Below are positions 39,411 through 49,868 of a stretch of 64,000 bases of DNA, in pieces. A program made the translations under genes and the position numbers. The stretch's first letter is position 1. Every line of letters begins with the position of its first letter. This DNA is from Spirochaetaceae bacterium (lineage in GTDB: Bacteria > Spirochaetota > Spirochaetia > DSM-2461), in contig OZ245056.1 in NCBI GenBank assembly GCA_965224705.1, forward strand, positions 704,001-768,000, given 5' to 3'. The notes below the pieces were generated by a model. The model was given only the letters and a program-made list of their open reading frames with translations. It did not search any database and had not been told where the DNA came from.

Positions 39411-40112
39411 TCAGTGCTCCAATGCAGCTTCCCGGGGCAGTGCCCAGTCAATAGCATTCAATCCCTTCTCTTCCAGCCATTGATTTGCCCTTGAAAATGG
39501 TCGGCTGCCGAAAAATCCCCGGGCTGCAGAAAATGGCGAGGGGTGGGAGGAGGATATTACCAGATGCCTGGAGCGGTCAATGAATACCCCTTTCGCCTGG
39601 GCATACGATCCCCAGAGGATGAAGACCGCCGATTTTTTTTCAGCATCCACAATTCGAATTATTTCATCGGTGAATTCCTCCCAGCCGCATGCCTTATGAG
39701 ATGCAGCCCTGTCTTTTTCCACTGTAAGGACGGAATTAAGAAGTAAGACACCCTGCCTTGCCCAGGGAATTAAACAGCCATGGGAAGCTGGAGGTATTCC
39801 AAGATCAGTTGAAAGTTCTGTGTAAATATTGGCCAGAGATGGGGGAATCCTGATTCCCGGCTGTACAGAGAAGGAGAGGCCATTGGCCTGTCCGCGTCCA
39901 TGGTAGGGATCCTGACCAAGGATAACCGCCTTGACTTCATCAAACGGGGTGTTATTGAGTGCGGAGAATATTTTATCTCCGGGCGGGTATATTTCCTTCC
40001 CGGCCTTCTTCTCCTGCAGAAGAAAACTTTTAAGTTTTTTCATGTAGTTTTTTTCAAATTCACCTGAAAGATAGGACAGCCACGATGGGTGGAGAGCTAT
40101 GTTCGCACTCAT
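39411..40112 (-). CDS. ung: Uracil-DNA glycosylase (family 1)
   Basis: GQDPYH, PPSL, GVLLLN and HPSP motifs. Confidence 0.98.
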   Translation of the reverse strand: MSANIALHPSWLSYLSGEFEKNYMKKLKSFLLQEKKAGKEIYPPGDKIFSALNNTPFDEVKAVILGQDPYHGRGQANGLSFSVQPGIRIPPSLANIYTELSTDLGIPPASHGCLIPWARQGVLLLNSVLTVEKDRAASHKACGWEEFTDEIIRIVDAEKKSAVFILWGSYAQAKGVFIDRSRHLVISSSHPSPFSAARGFFGSRPFSRANQWLEEKGLNAIDWALPREAALEH

Positions 40113-41686
40113 GATGAATTCCCAGGAAATTCCATGGTGAAGACAGCTCCGCCTGAGGGAGAATTTCGGGCAGATACACGTCCGCCATAACCCGTTGCAA
40201 TTCCCTGGACTATGGCCAGACCAAGCCCTGTATGACTGGCTGCATTCTCCTCAGGTCTATCTGTATACCAGCGTTTGAAAATTTTCTGTAACTCGTGTTC
40301 CGGAATACCTGGCCCCTCATCGGATACGGATAAGCTCACTTTTTTGTCATCCCCTTCAATTCTCACTTCTACAACTCCATCGGCTGGGGAATAGGATACG
40401 GCGTTGTCAACCAGATTGAGAATGGCCTGAGTAAGACGGTCCGGATTAGCATTGATATACACTGGATTCTCAGACACATTTATGTATTCTATGGAGACAT
40501 CATTTTCATCATGCCGGGAATATGCTTCAACGAGGGTTTTCACCAGTTCACTAAGGTTAAGGGGGGCATGGTTGCCTTCATCGAGCCGTACATCGACGCT
40601 GATAAGTTCCCGAAGGTCATCCAGCAGACGTTGAATACGTCTGGCCTCCCTGTTGATTACCGTAAGAAAGCGGTTGGATTCGCCTGTAGCGGAATGCTCA
40701 GCCAGTTCAGCCGCACTGAGAATACCGGCGACTGGATTTTTTGTCTCATGAACCAGATCGGCTATGAAATCTTCCAGATGATTTGTTCTCTCCTGGAGGC
40801 GGGAGGAAAGCTTGTACAGGGCCCTGGAAAGGTCGGCTACTTCATCCTTACCCGAAAGGGGATTGAATTTTGCCAGAAGCTTTCCCCGGTCATCCAGAAG
40901 ACTCTCTGCCTGATCACGCAGCCGCCCGACTGGTACCGTAACGGTTCGGGCCAGAAGTATTGAAAGAATGATGGCCCCACCCACTCCGAAAAGAAAGATG
41001 TTCATGATATCCAGGCGAAGCCTGTAGAGATCATTGAGAATCACGAACGTGGAGCGGGAAACCTGAACAGCTCCGATGACTTCATCTTCCCATATAATGG
41101 GAATGGCCGAATACAGAGTAACCGATATCTGTCCTTCGGAAATTCGTGTCGCAGCACCATATCGGCCATCCAGAGCAGCCTTGATTTCCGGCCCATCCAG
41201 AACAGCTCTTCCAATGTAGAAATCAGTTTCAACCCGCGGTACCTGGGGAGGACGCACATAACCCGCCACCTGGCGAAAGATTCGAGCTGGCAGAGCACCA
41301 ATCTGATAGATGACACTCTCTTCGGGATAGGAGGTTTCAGTTGTGTCCTCCTCTTCAACTGCTTCCTGGTTTCGGGAGTTGATTTCAGGCAATTCCCCAT
41401 TTTGATCTTCGGATATGGCCGAATCAGCCAGCAGATATCCATCTTTGTCCACCACCCTTAATCGAGCATCGTTGCGGTCGCCTAATCGATTGAGTACGGC
41501 CCTCGCATCAGCCGCAAGATTTTCACCCGCCACGGCTGAAGCCAGAAGCCTGCCCTGCTGAACCATGGCACGTTCCTGACTGTCCAGAAGCTGTTCTTCA
41601 TAAGTCCCAAGGAAGAGAATTGCTCCCACTGGAAAGACGGCAAGAAGAAGGTTGAAAATCAACAGTCTTGCTGTCAGGCCCTTCAC
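40109..41686 (-). CDS. Membrane sensor histidine kinase (ChvG/CreC-like; HAMP-HisKA-HATPase)
   Basis: Two TM helices; HETKNP, NLVDNA, DEGPGI and GLGLAI motifs. Confidence 0.93.
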   Translation of the reverse strand: MKGLTARLLIFNLLLAVFPVGAILFLGTYEEQLLDSQERAMVQQGRLLASAVAGENLAADARAVLNRLGDRNDARLRVVDKDGYLLADSAISEDQNGELPEINSRNQEAVEEEDTTETSYPEESVIYQIGALPARIFRQVAGYVRPPQVPRVETDFYIGRAVLDGPEIKAALDGRYGAATRISEGQISVTLYSAIPIIWEDEVIGAVQVSRSTFVILNDLYRLRLDIMNIFLFGVGGAIILSILLARTVTVPVGRLRDQAESLLDDRGKLLAKFNPLSGKDEVADLSRALYKLSSRLQERTNHLEDFIADLVHETKNPVAGILSAAELAEHSATGESNRFLTVINREARRIQRLLDDLRELISVDVRLDEGNHAPLNLSELVKTLVEAYSRHDENDVSIEYINVSENPVYINANPDRLTQAILNLVDNAVSYSPADGVVEVRIEGDDKKVSLSVSDEGPGIPEHELQKIFKRWYTDRPEENAASHTGLGLAIVQGIATGYGGRVSARNSPSGGAVFTMEFPGNSS

Positions 41687-42369
41687 TCTGCAATTCCAAA
41701 ACGGTAGCCCAGACCGTAAATCGTCTCCAGGATAGTTTTATCGGCACCTGCATTTTCAAGTTTCCGGCGAATTCTCTTTATATGGCTGTCCACCGCTCGT
41801 TCATTGATGAACTGATCCTCAGGGAAGGCGGCATTGTACAATGAGGATCTGGTGCACACTATTCCCGGTGAACCGGCCAGTTCCCGGAGCAGACGGTATT
41901 CACTCAGGGTAAAAACCAGTTCCTGACCATTCCAGAAAGCCTTGTAGCTTCCCGGGAACAGGGAAAGAGATCCCAGTTCAAGGGGAGCGTCGTCAGAAGT
42001 TTCACTTTCGGCTCGTCGGAAAACAGCTTTGATCCGGGCAATCAACTCCCGGATACTGAATGGTTTTCCAATGTAGTCATCTCCCCCTGTTTCAAGACCC
42101 ATTATCCGATCCAACTCCTCATCTCTGGAAGAAAGAAAAATGACAGGCGTTCGCGTATCTGTACTTCTGAGTAACCGGCAGAATTCCAGCCCGTCCATGC
42201 GAGGCATCAAAATGTCCAGGACATACAAATCGGGAGGATTCTTCCGGTATGCATCCCAGGCAGCCTGTCCATTTGGATATGTTGTTACCTGATATCCTTC
42301 CTTCGTCAGTGCATAGCCAAGATTGTCCCGAATGGTGCTTTCATCATCTACTACTGCTATATGCTTCAT
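41683..42369 (-). CDS. OmpR-family response regulator (ChvI/CreB-like)
   Basis: VVDDE, LDILMP and KPF motifs; wHTH with AVDSHIKRIRRK...YGLGYR. Confidence 0.95.
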   Translation of the reverse strand: MKHIAVVDDESTIRDNLGYALTKEGYQVTTYPNGQAAWDAYRKNPPDLYVLDILMPRMDGLEFCRLLRSTDTRTPVIFLSSRDEELDRIMGLETGGDDYIGKPFSIRELIARIKAVFRRAESETSDDAPLELGSLSLFPGSYKAFWNGQELVFTLSEYRLLRELAGSPGIVCTRSSLYNAAFPEDQFINERAVDSHIKRIRRKLENAGADKTILETIYGLGYRFGIAE

Positions 42370-42510
42370 AATCATCATTATATAGTATTTGTCTGAATAT
42401 TTTCACAGAATTGACAGAAAGGAAAACATTTTCCTGCCTTGTTTCTGCCATTTCTTTGCCCGGTTCTTAAACTATACTTAACGCATATCATTCTTAAGGA
42501 GAAGATTTTT

Positions 42511-43827
42511 ATGGGTACATTTCTTAAAGGAGCAGGTTCATCGTCTGTCGTCAGGATTCTTCTGATCATGGTGATGGTACTGCTGTTTCTCATCCCCCTG
42601 AATATGGTTGCTGATTTGATGAAGGACAGGAATCATCGGGCATCGGCTACGGCAGAAGAAGTGATTAATGGGGTCGGGGGAAGACTGGAATTCATCGGTC
42701 CCCTGTTCATTATTCCCTATACATCTGCCAAAATTGATTATCTGGGTATAACACGTACCACTCAGAACGAACTATATGTACTGCCGGACACCTTTCTTGC
42801 TGATGGAATTATGACAGCTGAGTACCTGTCCCGCGGGATTTACAGAATCCCGGTATACAAAACAAAACTGGAACTCGCCGGAACGGTCACCCTGCCATCC
42901 CCGGAGGCATTTCCCCAGGACGTCATCGTTCTTAACGATGAAGTTCGAATGGTTACCGGAATCAGAGACATGTTCGGAATACGAAATACGACTGATTTCA
43001 TATGGGAGACCGGCCAATATCCATTCAAACCGGAAGTTGGAAACTCGTTCATTGAATCGGGGCTTGCTGTAACCGGGCTTTCATTGCCGACTGACAGGCA
43101 ATCCGTTGAGTTTTCCTGGACGATGGAGATTGACGGCGGTGACAGTGTTTCCTTTCTACCCCTTGGGCGGGATTCTGAGTTATTACTTGAGGGGAACTGG
43201 CCTTCTCCATCGTTTCAGGGTGCAAGACTTCCAGATACCAGATCCTGGGACAGCGATGGGTTCCAGGCACAGTGGAGGATTCCCGAAGTGAGCCGCTCCA
43301 TTCAACCGTACTGGAACTCCGATGATGATACACAGGCAAATCTCAGGGATCATTTGATAAGGATTGAACTCCTTGAAACTGTGGATTCCTATCGTCAAGC
43401 CCTCCGATCAGTACGGTATGGTATATTATTTCTATTGATTCCCTTTGCGGTATTCCTGTTCGCTGAATTCTCCAGTAAAGTTAAATTTCATCCACTCCAG
43501 TATTTTCTTGCTGGAGCGGCGAATATAGTCTTCTTCGTATTGTTGCTGGCCCTCTCGGAACACTGGGGTTTCGATCCTGCCTATCTGACCGCCTCTACAG
43601 CAGTAACATTGCTGCTTGTCTTCCATGCAGGAAACCTTACAAAGAAACGAACTCTGGGCTGGGTGATGCTTCCGGTTCTGGCGGGGGCCTGGCTCTGGCT
43701 CTGGGTAAGTCTTCAATCAGAAGACTACGCCTTGCTGATCGGGGCCATTGGACTGTTTGTTATAACAGCCCTGATGATGGTGCTTGCCCGAAAAATCAAC
43801 CTGACGGAGGATCAATCTGAAGCATAA
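42511..43827 (+). CDS. creD: Cell envelope integrity inner-membrane protein CreD
   Basis: LLIPL, RGIY.IPVY, WPSPSFQG.LP, YGILF, HPLQY, LLLALSEH and EDYALLIG motifs; AAGGAG RBS. Confidence 0.93.
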   Translation: MGTFLKGAGSSSVVRILLIMVMVLLFLIPLNMVADLMKDRNHRASATAEEVINGVGGRLEFIGPLFIIPYTSAKIDYLGITRTTQNELYVLPDTFLADGIMTAEYLSRGIYRIPVYKTKLELAGTVTLPSPEAFPQDVIVLNDEVRMVTGIRDMFGIRNTTDFIWETGQYPFKPEVGNSFIESGLAVTGLSLPTDRQSVEFSWTMEIDGGDSVSFLPLGRDSELLLEGNWPSPSFQGARLPDTRSWDSDGFQAQWRIPEVSRSIQPYWNSDDDTQANLRDHLIRIELLETVDSYRQALRSVRYGILFLLIPFAVFLFAEFSSKVKFHPLQYFLAGAANIVFFVLLLALSEHWGFDPAYLTASTAVTLLLVFHAGNLTKKRTLGWVMLPVLAGAWLWLWVSLQSEDYALLIGAIGLFVITALMMVLARKINLTEDQSEA

Positions 43828-43958
43828 CGGCCTGATCCGGGAAGGAATGGGAGGAGTAACTCACCCTGTTTGACAGAATACAATCCCGACTGACGGAACG
43901 ATTCACAAAAATATGGGTCCTCCTGTCGGATACCGATCGCTTCGTTGCCCGTGCAGGA

Positions 43959-44441
43959 TTGATGAAACGCTATGAATCTGTGCTTCGCGAATGGCGAAAC
44001 TCCATTAAGAACTCCCGCAATGACCCGGAAAGGATTCGGAAAATACGAAATGATATTGTTGCCTTCAGGCAGGCAAGACGCATGGAGGGGTGGGAGTTAC
44101 GTCTTGGATCACTGGATGTTCAGTTGAAGGGATTTCGCAGCGATGATGCCATGGGATCAGGGTTTCGCCGGATGGTTTTAATGGTTGGGGAAGGTGGAAC
44201 CGTTCATTTTCATACAGGTTCTGCAAACCATACTCAATTGGCAGAAGAGCTTGATCAGAAGCTCAGACGGTTCTCACAATCAGAACCCCTGGAGCCGCAT
44301 TATCTCTGGTATCGACGCTTTGAGGGCGTTATAGAGCTTGCTGGTGCGGATTCACAGCCCAGAAGTTCTCATGAACGGCTGCAAAACTACATATCCGCGC
44401 ATAAATCTGCACTTGTAAAAGCAATGCTGAATCATCTTTAG
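43959..44441 (+). CDS. Hypothetical protein
   Basis: 160-aa ORF filling the gap in a same-strand run; no motif recognised. Confidence 0.7.
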   Translation: MMKRYESVLREWRNSIKNSRNDPERIRKIRNDIVAFRQARRMEGWELRLGSLDVQLKGFRSDDAMGSGFRRMVLMVGEGGTVHFHTGSANHTQLAEELDQKLRRFSQSEPLEPHYLWYRRFEGVIELAGADSQPRSSHERLQNYISAHKSALVKAMLNHL

Positions 44442-44519
44442 CTTCAGGCAGGTCAAAAAAACTTAAAACCCGGTAATGATCGTCTTGTCAAAGCATCTGC
44501 TGTTGAGTCATTATATCCT

Positions 44520-45503
44520 GTGGATTCAAAATATAAGACATTGCTGGAATCTACGGTGATGTTTTCCAGCCTTACTTCAGATGATATGGATATCATCCTC
44601 TCTCTAAGTGATCAGATGAAGTTCAAAGATGGGGAGAAAATATTTCATATCGGCGACCCTTCAAATCAGTTTTTCATCGTTGCTGAAGGAGAAGTCACCA
44701 TCAGAACAGGTGAGGATTTAGGGCATCAAACAGATATTGCCCGTTTTTTGGCCGGTGACAGCTTTGGTGATCTTGAATTTTTTACGGCCGAAAAACGAAC
44801 GGCCAGTGCCATAGCTGTGGGTGAAACTCAGCTGCTGGGATTTCCTGACGAAAAGACAACTCTCTCAGAAATCATGGAGAAATGGCCAACTATAAGTGCC
44901 CGGCTTCTCCATGGTTTTTTGGTCCGCATATCATCCAGAATTCGCAAGGCAAATACCTTTGTCAAAAGCAATTCTCTTCTGGTTCAGGAACTCAAACGCC
45001 AGGTCTATGTTGACAAATTAACTGGTTTGTATAATAAAGTTTTTTTCGAAGAAACTCTTGGTAAACTTATGAAAAGTGAATCCACAGTTGGACTTCTTTT
45101 CTACAAACCAGATAACTTCAAAAAAATAAACGATGAGTACGGACATGAGGCAGGTGACAAAGTTCTTGAATTCATTGCCGGGGTTCTTCGAAAAAATGTT
45201 CCAGATCAGGATTTGCTTTTTCGCTACGCAGGAAATGAAAATGTGATAATACTCCCTGGAGCCACACGGAAATCTTTACGGGAACTGGCCGAAAGCACCC
45301 TTACACTCTTGAAATCACTCGATCTTTCATTGATTCTTCCTGGCATTGATTTCTCTCTTTCAGTAAGTTTTGGACTGTCTTTATACCCGGATAACAGCAG
45401 AGATATGACGGAACTCGTTGAAACATCCCATGCACTCATAATAGAGGGACGCTCTCGAGGAGGCAATCTCATTCTATCTCCAGAGACCAGGCGTATCTCA
45501 TGA
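44520..45503 (+). CDS. cNMP-binding + degenerate GGDEF (AGNEN) protein
   Basis: SFGDL...RTASA cNMP cassette; DKLTGLYN, KPDNFKKINDEYGHEAGD and FRYAGNEN motifs. Confidence 0.9.
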   Translation: MDSKYKTLLESTVMFSSLTSDDMDIILSLSDQMKFKDGEKIFHIGDPSNQFFIVAEGEVTIRTGEDLGHQTDIARFLAGDSFGDLEFFTAEKRTASAIAVGETQLLGFPDEKTTLSEIMEKWPTISARLLHGFLVRISSRIRKANTFVKSNSLLVQELKRQVYVDKLTGLYNKVFFEETLGKLMKSESTVGLLFYKPDNFKKINDEYGHEAGDKVLEFIAGVLRKNVPDQDLLFRYAGNENVIILPGATRKSLRELAESTLTLLKSLDLSLILPGIDFSLSVSFGLSLYPDNSRDMTELVETSHALIIEGRSRGGNLILSPETRRIS

Positions 45504-47641
45504 CAATTGACGCCCTCAATAGCCTGGATGTATTTACAACCTTAACCCCGGATGAAGTCTCTCGAATTTATAACAAGATGGAACATCATGATGTACCTGC
45601 AGGTGAGGTTCTTTTTCATGAAGGCGATCCTGGTAGTTTGATGTACATTGTCCAGTCCGGAAAAGTGGCCATAACAGTCAGCGTCAGTGATGGCGAAGAT
45701 ATTGAAGTGTCACAAATCGGAGAAGGCAGTTTCTTTGGGGAGATGTCAATCTTTGAGAAGGATGTCCGTTCCGCGACATGCCGGGCAATTGGGAAGTGTT
45801 CTTTACTTTCCCTGGATGAAACAGCTTTCCATGCCATTATGGAGGAGGAACCGAAAACTGCGATCAAAGTAATGCAGCAGATGCTCAATACAGCGACAAC
45901 ACGTTTACAGAACACGGACGGCTTCTTATCCGATTTGGTGAAATGGGGAGAGGAGTCCAGAATCAGGGCTGTCACGGATGATTTCACCGGTCTTTACAAC
46001 CGGCGTTTCTTTGATGAATCTCTTGAGAAAGCGGTGGCCGTATCAAAGAAGAATAATGTGCCTCTGTCCCTGGTTATGATGGATCTTGATAGATTCGGGA
46101 CTTTGAACAAAGTGTATGGTGAAGCCGTTGGTGACGAAGTTCTCCTTGCCATTATACCAGTCTTCCGCAGTGTTTTCGATGAATATGATATTCTTGTTCG
46201 TTACGGCGGAGATGAATTTGCGTTTATTCTGCCGGGTAAAGATGGTAAAACAGCTGTGGAACGATGCTTGAAAGTAGAAGGATTGCTTAAAAAAATCGAT
46301 ATACTGGATAAACTGAATGGCTCATTCAAGGTTATCAGTGGAAGTATCGGAATAGCTCAATGCCCCTTGCATGCAAAAACAACCCGAGACTTACTTGATA
46401 AAGCAGACAGGGCACTTTACGAAGCAAAAGAGGCAGGACGAGGACAGGTATCGCTCTTTGGCGAAAGCACGCTCCGGATGAAAAGAAAACTTCCAAACAA
46501 CTGGGTTAAGAATGCCCTGCTTGATTCATTTATTAATGCAATCTGTTCCAGAAATAATTTTCTGATTACCGGGCACAGGAATCCAGATCCAGACTGTATA
46601 GCCTCCTGTGTTGCATTCAGTCTCATCCTGGCCAAATTTTCAAAGAAAACGTCTGTCATCATCAATGAAGAGCATAAGAATGACTTCATCCACCTGGTCG
46701 ATCTTTGCCAGTCCAAGAATATACAACTGATAGAAACTCCTGAGGAGCTTGAAGACCACTATGATACCATTGTTATTCTTGATACACCAAAGCCCTCAAT
46801 GCTGGAATTCAGAGATGAGGTTCAGTCTCTCACAAAGAAAAAGGGTACTGTGTCGATGGAAATCGATCATCACATAGACGCAGATGGAACTTATATTGGA
46901 AACAAGGACTACTGTCTGGTTGATGCTGTTGCTTCAACATGTGAATTAATTGCTCATCTTTCACTTCGATTGTCAAAGAAATGGAGACTGTTGAAGCAGA
47001 TGAGTATAGGAAAATTGTTTACTCAGGATTTGCTCATGGCCGTTGTCACGGGAATAATGAGTGATACACATATGGGAAAGTCCATCAGCAATCGCATTGA
47101 AAAACGACATTATGTGACCTTTGAAAAACTTCTCAATCAGTCTCTTATCAATCCCTCTGAGAGTAATGACAAACGCCGAATATCTTCATCTCAGGATATT
47201 GCTGATCAACAAGGTTTACTGACAGAAGATGCAAAGGAATGCTATGAAATCTTTTCCAGGAATATTCAGAACAGGAATGGCATCTCGTACGTCGCCCTTA
47301 ATGAAAGCATCTCTGATGACTTATTTGAGCAGTTTGAAAAAAAGACTGTTACAGAAGTGGCAAAGTACACATCAAACATTCTGGCTGAAGACAATGGTTC
47401 TTTTTCTCTGGTTGCATTCTATGATTACAAAGCTGAATCCGATTTAATACAGCTTCGGATGCGGAGAAATCTCGATTTCTCCGGGCTGGATCTTCGCAGA
47501 ATCCTTGATCGATTTAAAATCGAAAATGGCGGCGGCCATGAAGGGGCCATCGGTTTTCGAGTCCCCCGATCTCAGATAACAGATCTGGAGGCATTTGTAG
47601 AGATGATACTTTTTGGGGCCATGGATTCAATCCGTCAATAA
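45500..47641 (+). CDS. cNMP-binding + GGDEF + DHH/DHHA1 phosphoesterase fusion
   Basis: FFGEMS...RSA; RYGGDEF; GHRNPDPD, LDT, IDHH, GIMSDT and GGGH motifs. Confidence 0.9.
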   Translation: MTIDALNSLDVFTTLTPDEVSRIYNKMEHHDVPAGEVLFHEGDPGSLMYIVQSGKVAITVSVSDGEDIEVSQIGEGSFFGEMSIFEKDVRSATCRAIGKCSLLSLDETAFHAIMEEEPKTAIKVMQQMLNTATTRLQNTDGFLSDLVKWGEESRIRAVTDDFTGLYNRRFFDESLEKAVAVSKKNNVPLSLVMMDLDRFGTLNKVYGEAVGDEVLLAIIPVFRSVFDEYDILVRYGGDEFAFILPGKDGKTAVERCLKVEGLLKKIDILDKLNGSFKVISGSIGIAQCPLHAKTTRDLLDKADRALYEAKEAGRGQVSLFGESTLRMKRKLPNNWVKNALLDSFINAICSRNNFLITGHRNPDPDCIASCVAFSLILAKFSKKTSVIINEEHKNDFIHLVDLCQSKNIQLIETPEELEDHYDTIVILDTPKPSMLEFRDEVQSLTKKKGTVSMEIDHHIDADGTYIGNKDYCLVDAVASTCELIAHLSLRLSKKWRLLKQMSIGKLFTQDLLMAVVTGIMSDTHMGKSISNRIEKRHYVTFEKLLNQSLINPSESNDKRRISSSQDIADQQGLLTEDAKECYEIFSRNIQNRNGISYVALNESISDDLFEQFEKKTVTEVAKYTSNILAEDNGSFSLVAFYDYKAESDLIQLRMRRNLDFSGLDLRRILDRFKIENGGGHEGAIGFRVPRSQITDLEAFVEMILFGAMDSIRQ

Positions 47642-48094
47642 CGACGGGTGTACGGATGAGTGACCGCATTCCCCATGCGTTATTGCTTCCCGTAAATAAT
47701 CCGGCAGCGGTGTTGATTTTTCTGCCCTGTAATTGATCCAGACCATTTTGGAGTCTCCAGTTGCATACAGAGTGTTATCAGTTCCCTTGATTTCATACCA
47801 GGTCATTAAGCTGCTTGTTCCGGGGTCACCAACATACAAATGCACGAGAAGAGTGCATGGGTATACTATCTGCTTGAGAAATGTGCAGGATGCATTAATG
47901 ATAACCGGGCCGGTTTCTGACTGCCCGTCTATTGCTCCGAGATAACCGATTTCTCCCAGCCATTTTATGCGGGCTTCCTCACAATAGCCGAAGTATTGTG
48001 TATTGTTTATATGACCCAGAGCATCCATGTGTCCCCATGGAGGTGAAACAGAGTAGATGTAAACCTTTCTGGCATTGGGCGGAGGAAACTGCAT
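47627..48094 (-). CDS. Acyl-CoA thioesterase (4HBT/FadM hotdog fold)
   Basis: WGHMDALGHINNTQYF..EEAR. Confidence 0.9.
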   Translation of the reverse strand: MQFPPPNARKVYIYSVSPPWGHMDALGHINNTQYFGYCEEARIKWLGEIGYLGAIDGQSETGPVIINASCTFLKQIVYPCTLLVHLYVGDPGTSSLMTWYEIKGTDNTLYATGDSKMVWINYRAEKSTPLPDYLREAITHGECGHSSVHPSLLTD

Positions 48095-48145
48095 TTAGGA
48101 AGTATAACCGAAGAGTTTCTGCAGCTCAAGAGTTCATGCGAGTTC

Positions 48146-48174
48146 TTGACACCCGTCAGGGCTGTATGTATAAA
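48146..48174 (+). promoter_or_regulatory. Sigma70 promoter of gatCAB, apparently leaderless
   Basis: TTGACA-17 bp-TATAAA, 5 nt before the gatC ATG; no SD sequence. Confidence 0.65.
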
Positions 48175-48179
48175 ATCTC

Positions 48180-48464
48180 ATGCTCAAAGAAAATGATGAA
48201 TGGATAATAACAGCAGAACTTGCCGGATTGGAGCTTGATGAAGCCGAAGCCGAACTCCTTGCAGAGGATGCGGAGAAAATGCGGGAGCTTTTTCTTACGA
48301 TGTCACAGGCTGAGGTGGATGATCTTGAACCTACAACTCATGCACTCGTTTCCGAGAATCGTATACGTCCGGATATAAATCAACCATTCGAGAATACAGA
48401 ACAGTTGATTGAAGCGGCTCCCGAAGAAGAAGATAACTTCTTCCTGATTCCCAACGTACTCTAG
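48180..48464 (+). CDS. gatC: Asp/Glu-tRNA amidotransferase subunit C
   Basis: TAELAGL...VDDLEPT...AAPE..NFFLIPNVL; upstream of gatA. Confidence 0.92.
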   Translation: MLKENDEWIITAELAGLELDEAEAELLAEDAEKMRELFLTMSQAEVDDLEPTTHALVSENRIRPDINQPFENTEQLIEAAPEEEDNFFLIPNVL

Positions 48465-48473
48465 GCGATACTT

Positions 48474-49868
48474 ATGACTCAGTATTTAGAACAGTGGTCC
48501 AGGATATTACAGAATGCCGACAGTGCACGGAAATACGAAGAAGAAGTCAGGAAGATTGATTCCACGCTGGGATGCTTTCTAAGTTTTAATCCTGACTATC
48601 CCGGAAATAAAGAGGGCATCAGTGGTCCATTGAAGGGTGTGCCCATTGCTGTGAAGGATAATATAGCTGTCAGTGGAAGATCCCTTACCTGCGGATCAAA
48701 GATCCTTGAAAACTTCATCGCCCCCTATTCGGCAACCGCCGTTGAGAAACTGGAAAAATCCGGAGGAAGGGTTGTCGGTAAAACCAATCTTGATGAGTTT
48801 GGAATGGGTTCTTCCAATGAAAACTCGGCTCTGGGTGAAACTGTTAATCCATGGAACCAGGCAAAGGTGGCAGGTGGATCCAGTGGAGGAAGTGCGGCGG
48901 CAGTTGCAGCGGGCCTTGTTCCATTAGCCCTTGGTTCGGATACAGGGGGATCTGTTCGTCAACCTGCGAATTTCTGCGGAATATACGGTCTTAAACCAAC
49001 CTATGGTTCCATATCCCGTTACGGGCTGACTGCATACGCTTCATCTCTGGAAGTGATTGGTCTCATGACCCGAAATCTTCCCCTCTTAAGGGAAAGCTTT
49101 AACATTGTACGTGCTCTGGACGAGCGGGATCAAAGCAGTGTTGCTGCCAGGGCAATGCCCGCAGGAACAAAGAAGGCAGCCGTTCTCAATGTTGACAGGG
49201 GCTCCCTGGATGAGGCGGTTTACAAATCATACATCACCGCCGGTGAGGTTCTTGCTGAAGAAGGCTGTCAACTGACCAACATCAATTTACCGACTCTTGA
49301 ATATGTTCTGCCATCCTACTACACAATTGCAACCGCTGAAGCCAGTGCCAATCTTGCACGCTTCAATGGTATGCGATACGGAACAGCACCGGATTTCGCT
49401 GAAAACCCTCTGGAACTGATGAAAAAAGCTCGCCACGAAAGTTTCGGGCCGGAAGTGAAGCTCCGCATCCTGCTGGGGACCTATGTCCTTCGATCAGGCT
49501 TCCAGGATCAGTATTACGGAAAAGCCCAAAAAATACGAACACTGATCCGCCGGGAACTCGCCGACGTGTACAAAAATTTTGACCTTCTGCTTATGCCGGT
49601 ATTTCCTACACAGGCCTTCGACAGAGGCAAGTCGGGTATGGACGATTATCAGCAGCGTATTGCCGATATCTTCACCTGTCTGGCCAATCTTGTCGGCATC
49701 CCCTCCCTTGCGGTTCCCATGGGCGTGGAAAAAGGTTTGCCCACAGGCGTACAGTTTATGGCACCGGTTTTTGCTGAAGAGAGACTGTTTCAGACAGCCG
49801 AAATCTTCGCCCGGCATTTTCCCCTGCCCGCCCCGGATCGTTTTCTGGATATCGGGAGCCTGTCATGA
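48474..49868 (+). CDS. gatA: Asp/Glu-tRNA amidotransferase subunit A
   Basis: Amidase signature GKTNLDEFGMGSS, GGSSGGSAA and GSDTGGSVRQPA. Confidence 0.97.
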   Translation: MTQYLEQWSRILQNADSARKYEEEVRKIDSTLGCFLSFNPDYPGNKEGISGPLKGVPIAVKDNIAVSGRSLTCGSKILENFIAPYSATAVEKLEKSGGRVVGKTNLDEFGMGSSNENSALGETVNPWNQAKVAGGSSGGSAAAVAAGLVPLALGSDTGGSVRQPANFCGIYGLKPTYGSISRYGLTAYASSLEVIGLMTRNLPLLRESFNIVRALDERDQSSVAARAMPAGTKKAAVLNVDRGSLDEAVYKSYITAGEVLAEEGCQLTNINLPTLEYVLPSYYTIATAEASANLARFNGMRYGTAPDFAENPLELMKKARHESFGPEVKLRILLGTYVLRSGFQDQYYGKAQKIRTLIRRELADVYKNFDLLLMPVFPTQAFDRGKSGMDDYQQRIADIFTCLANLVGIPSLAVPMGVEKGLPTGVQFMAPVFAEERLFQTAEIFARHFPLPAPDRFLDIGSLS

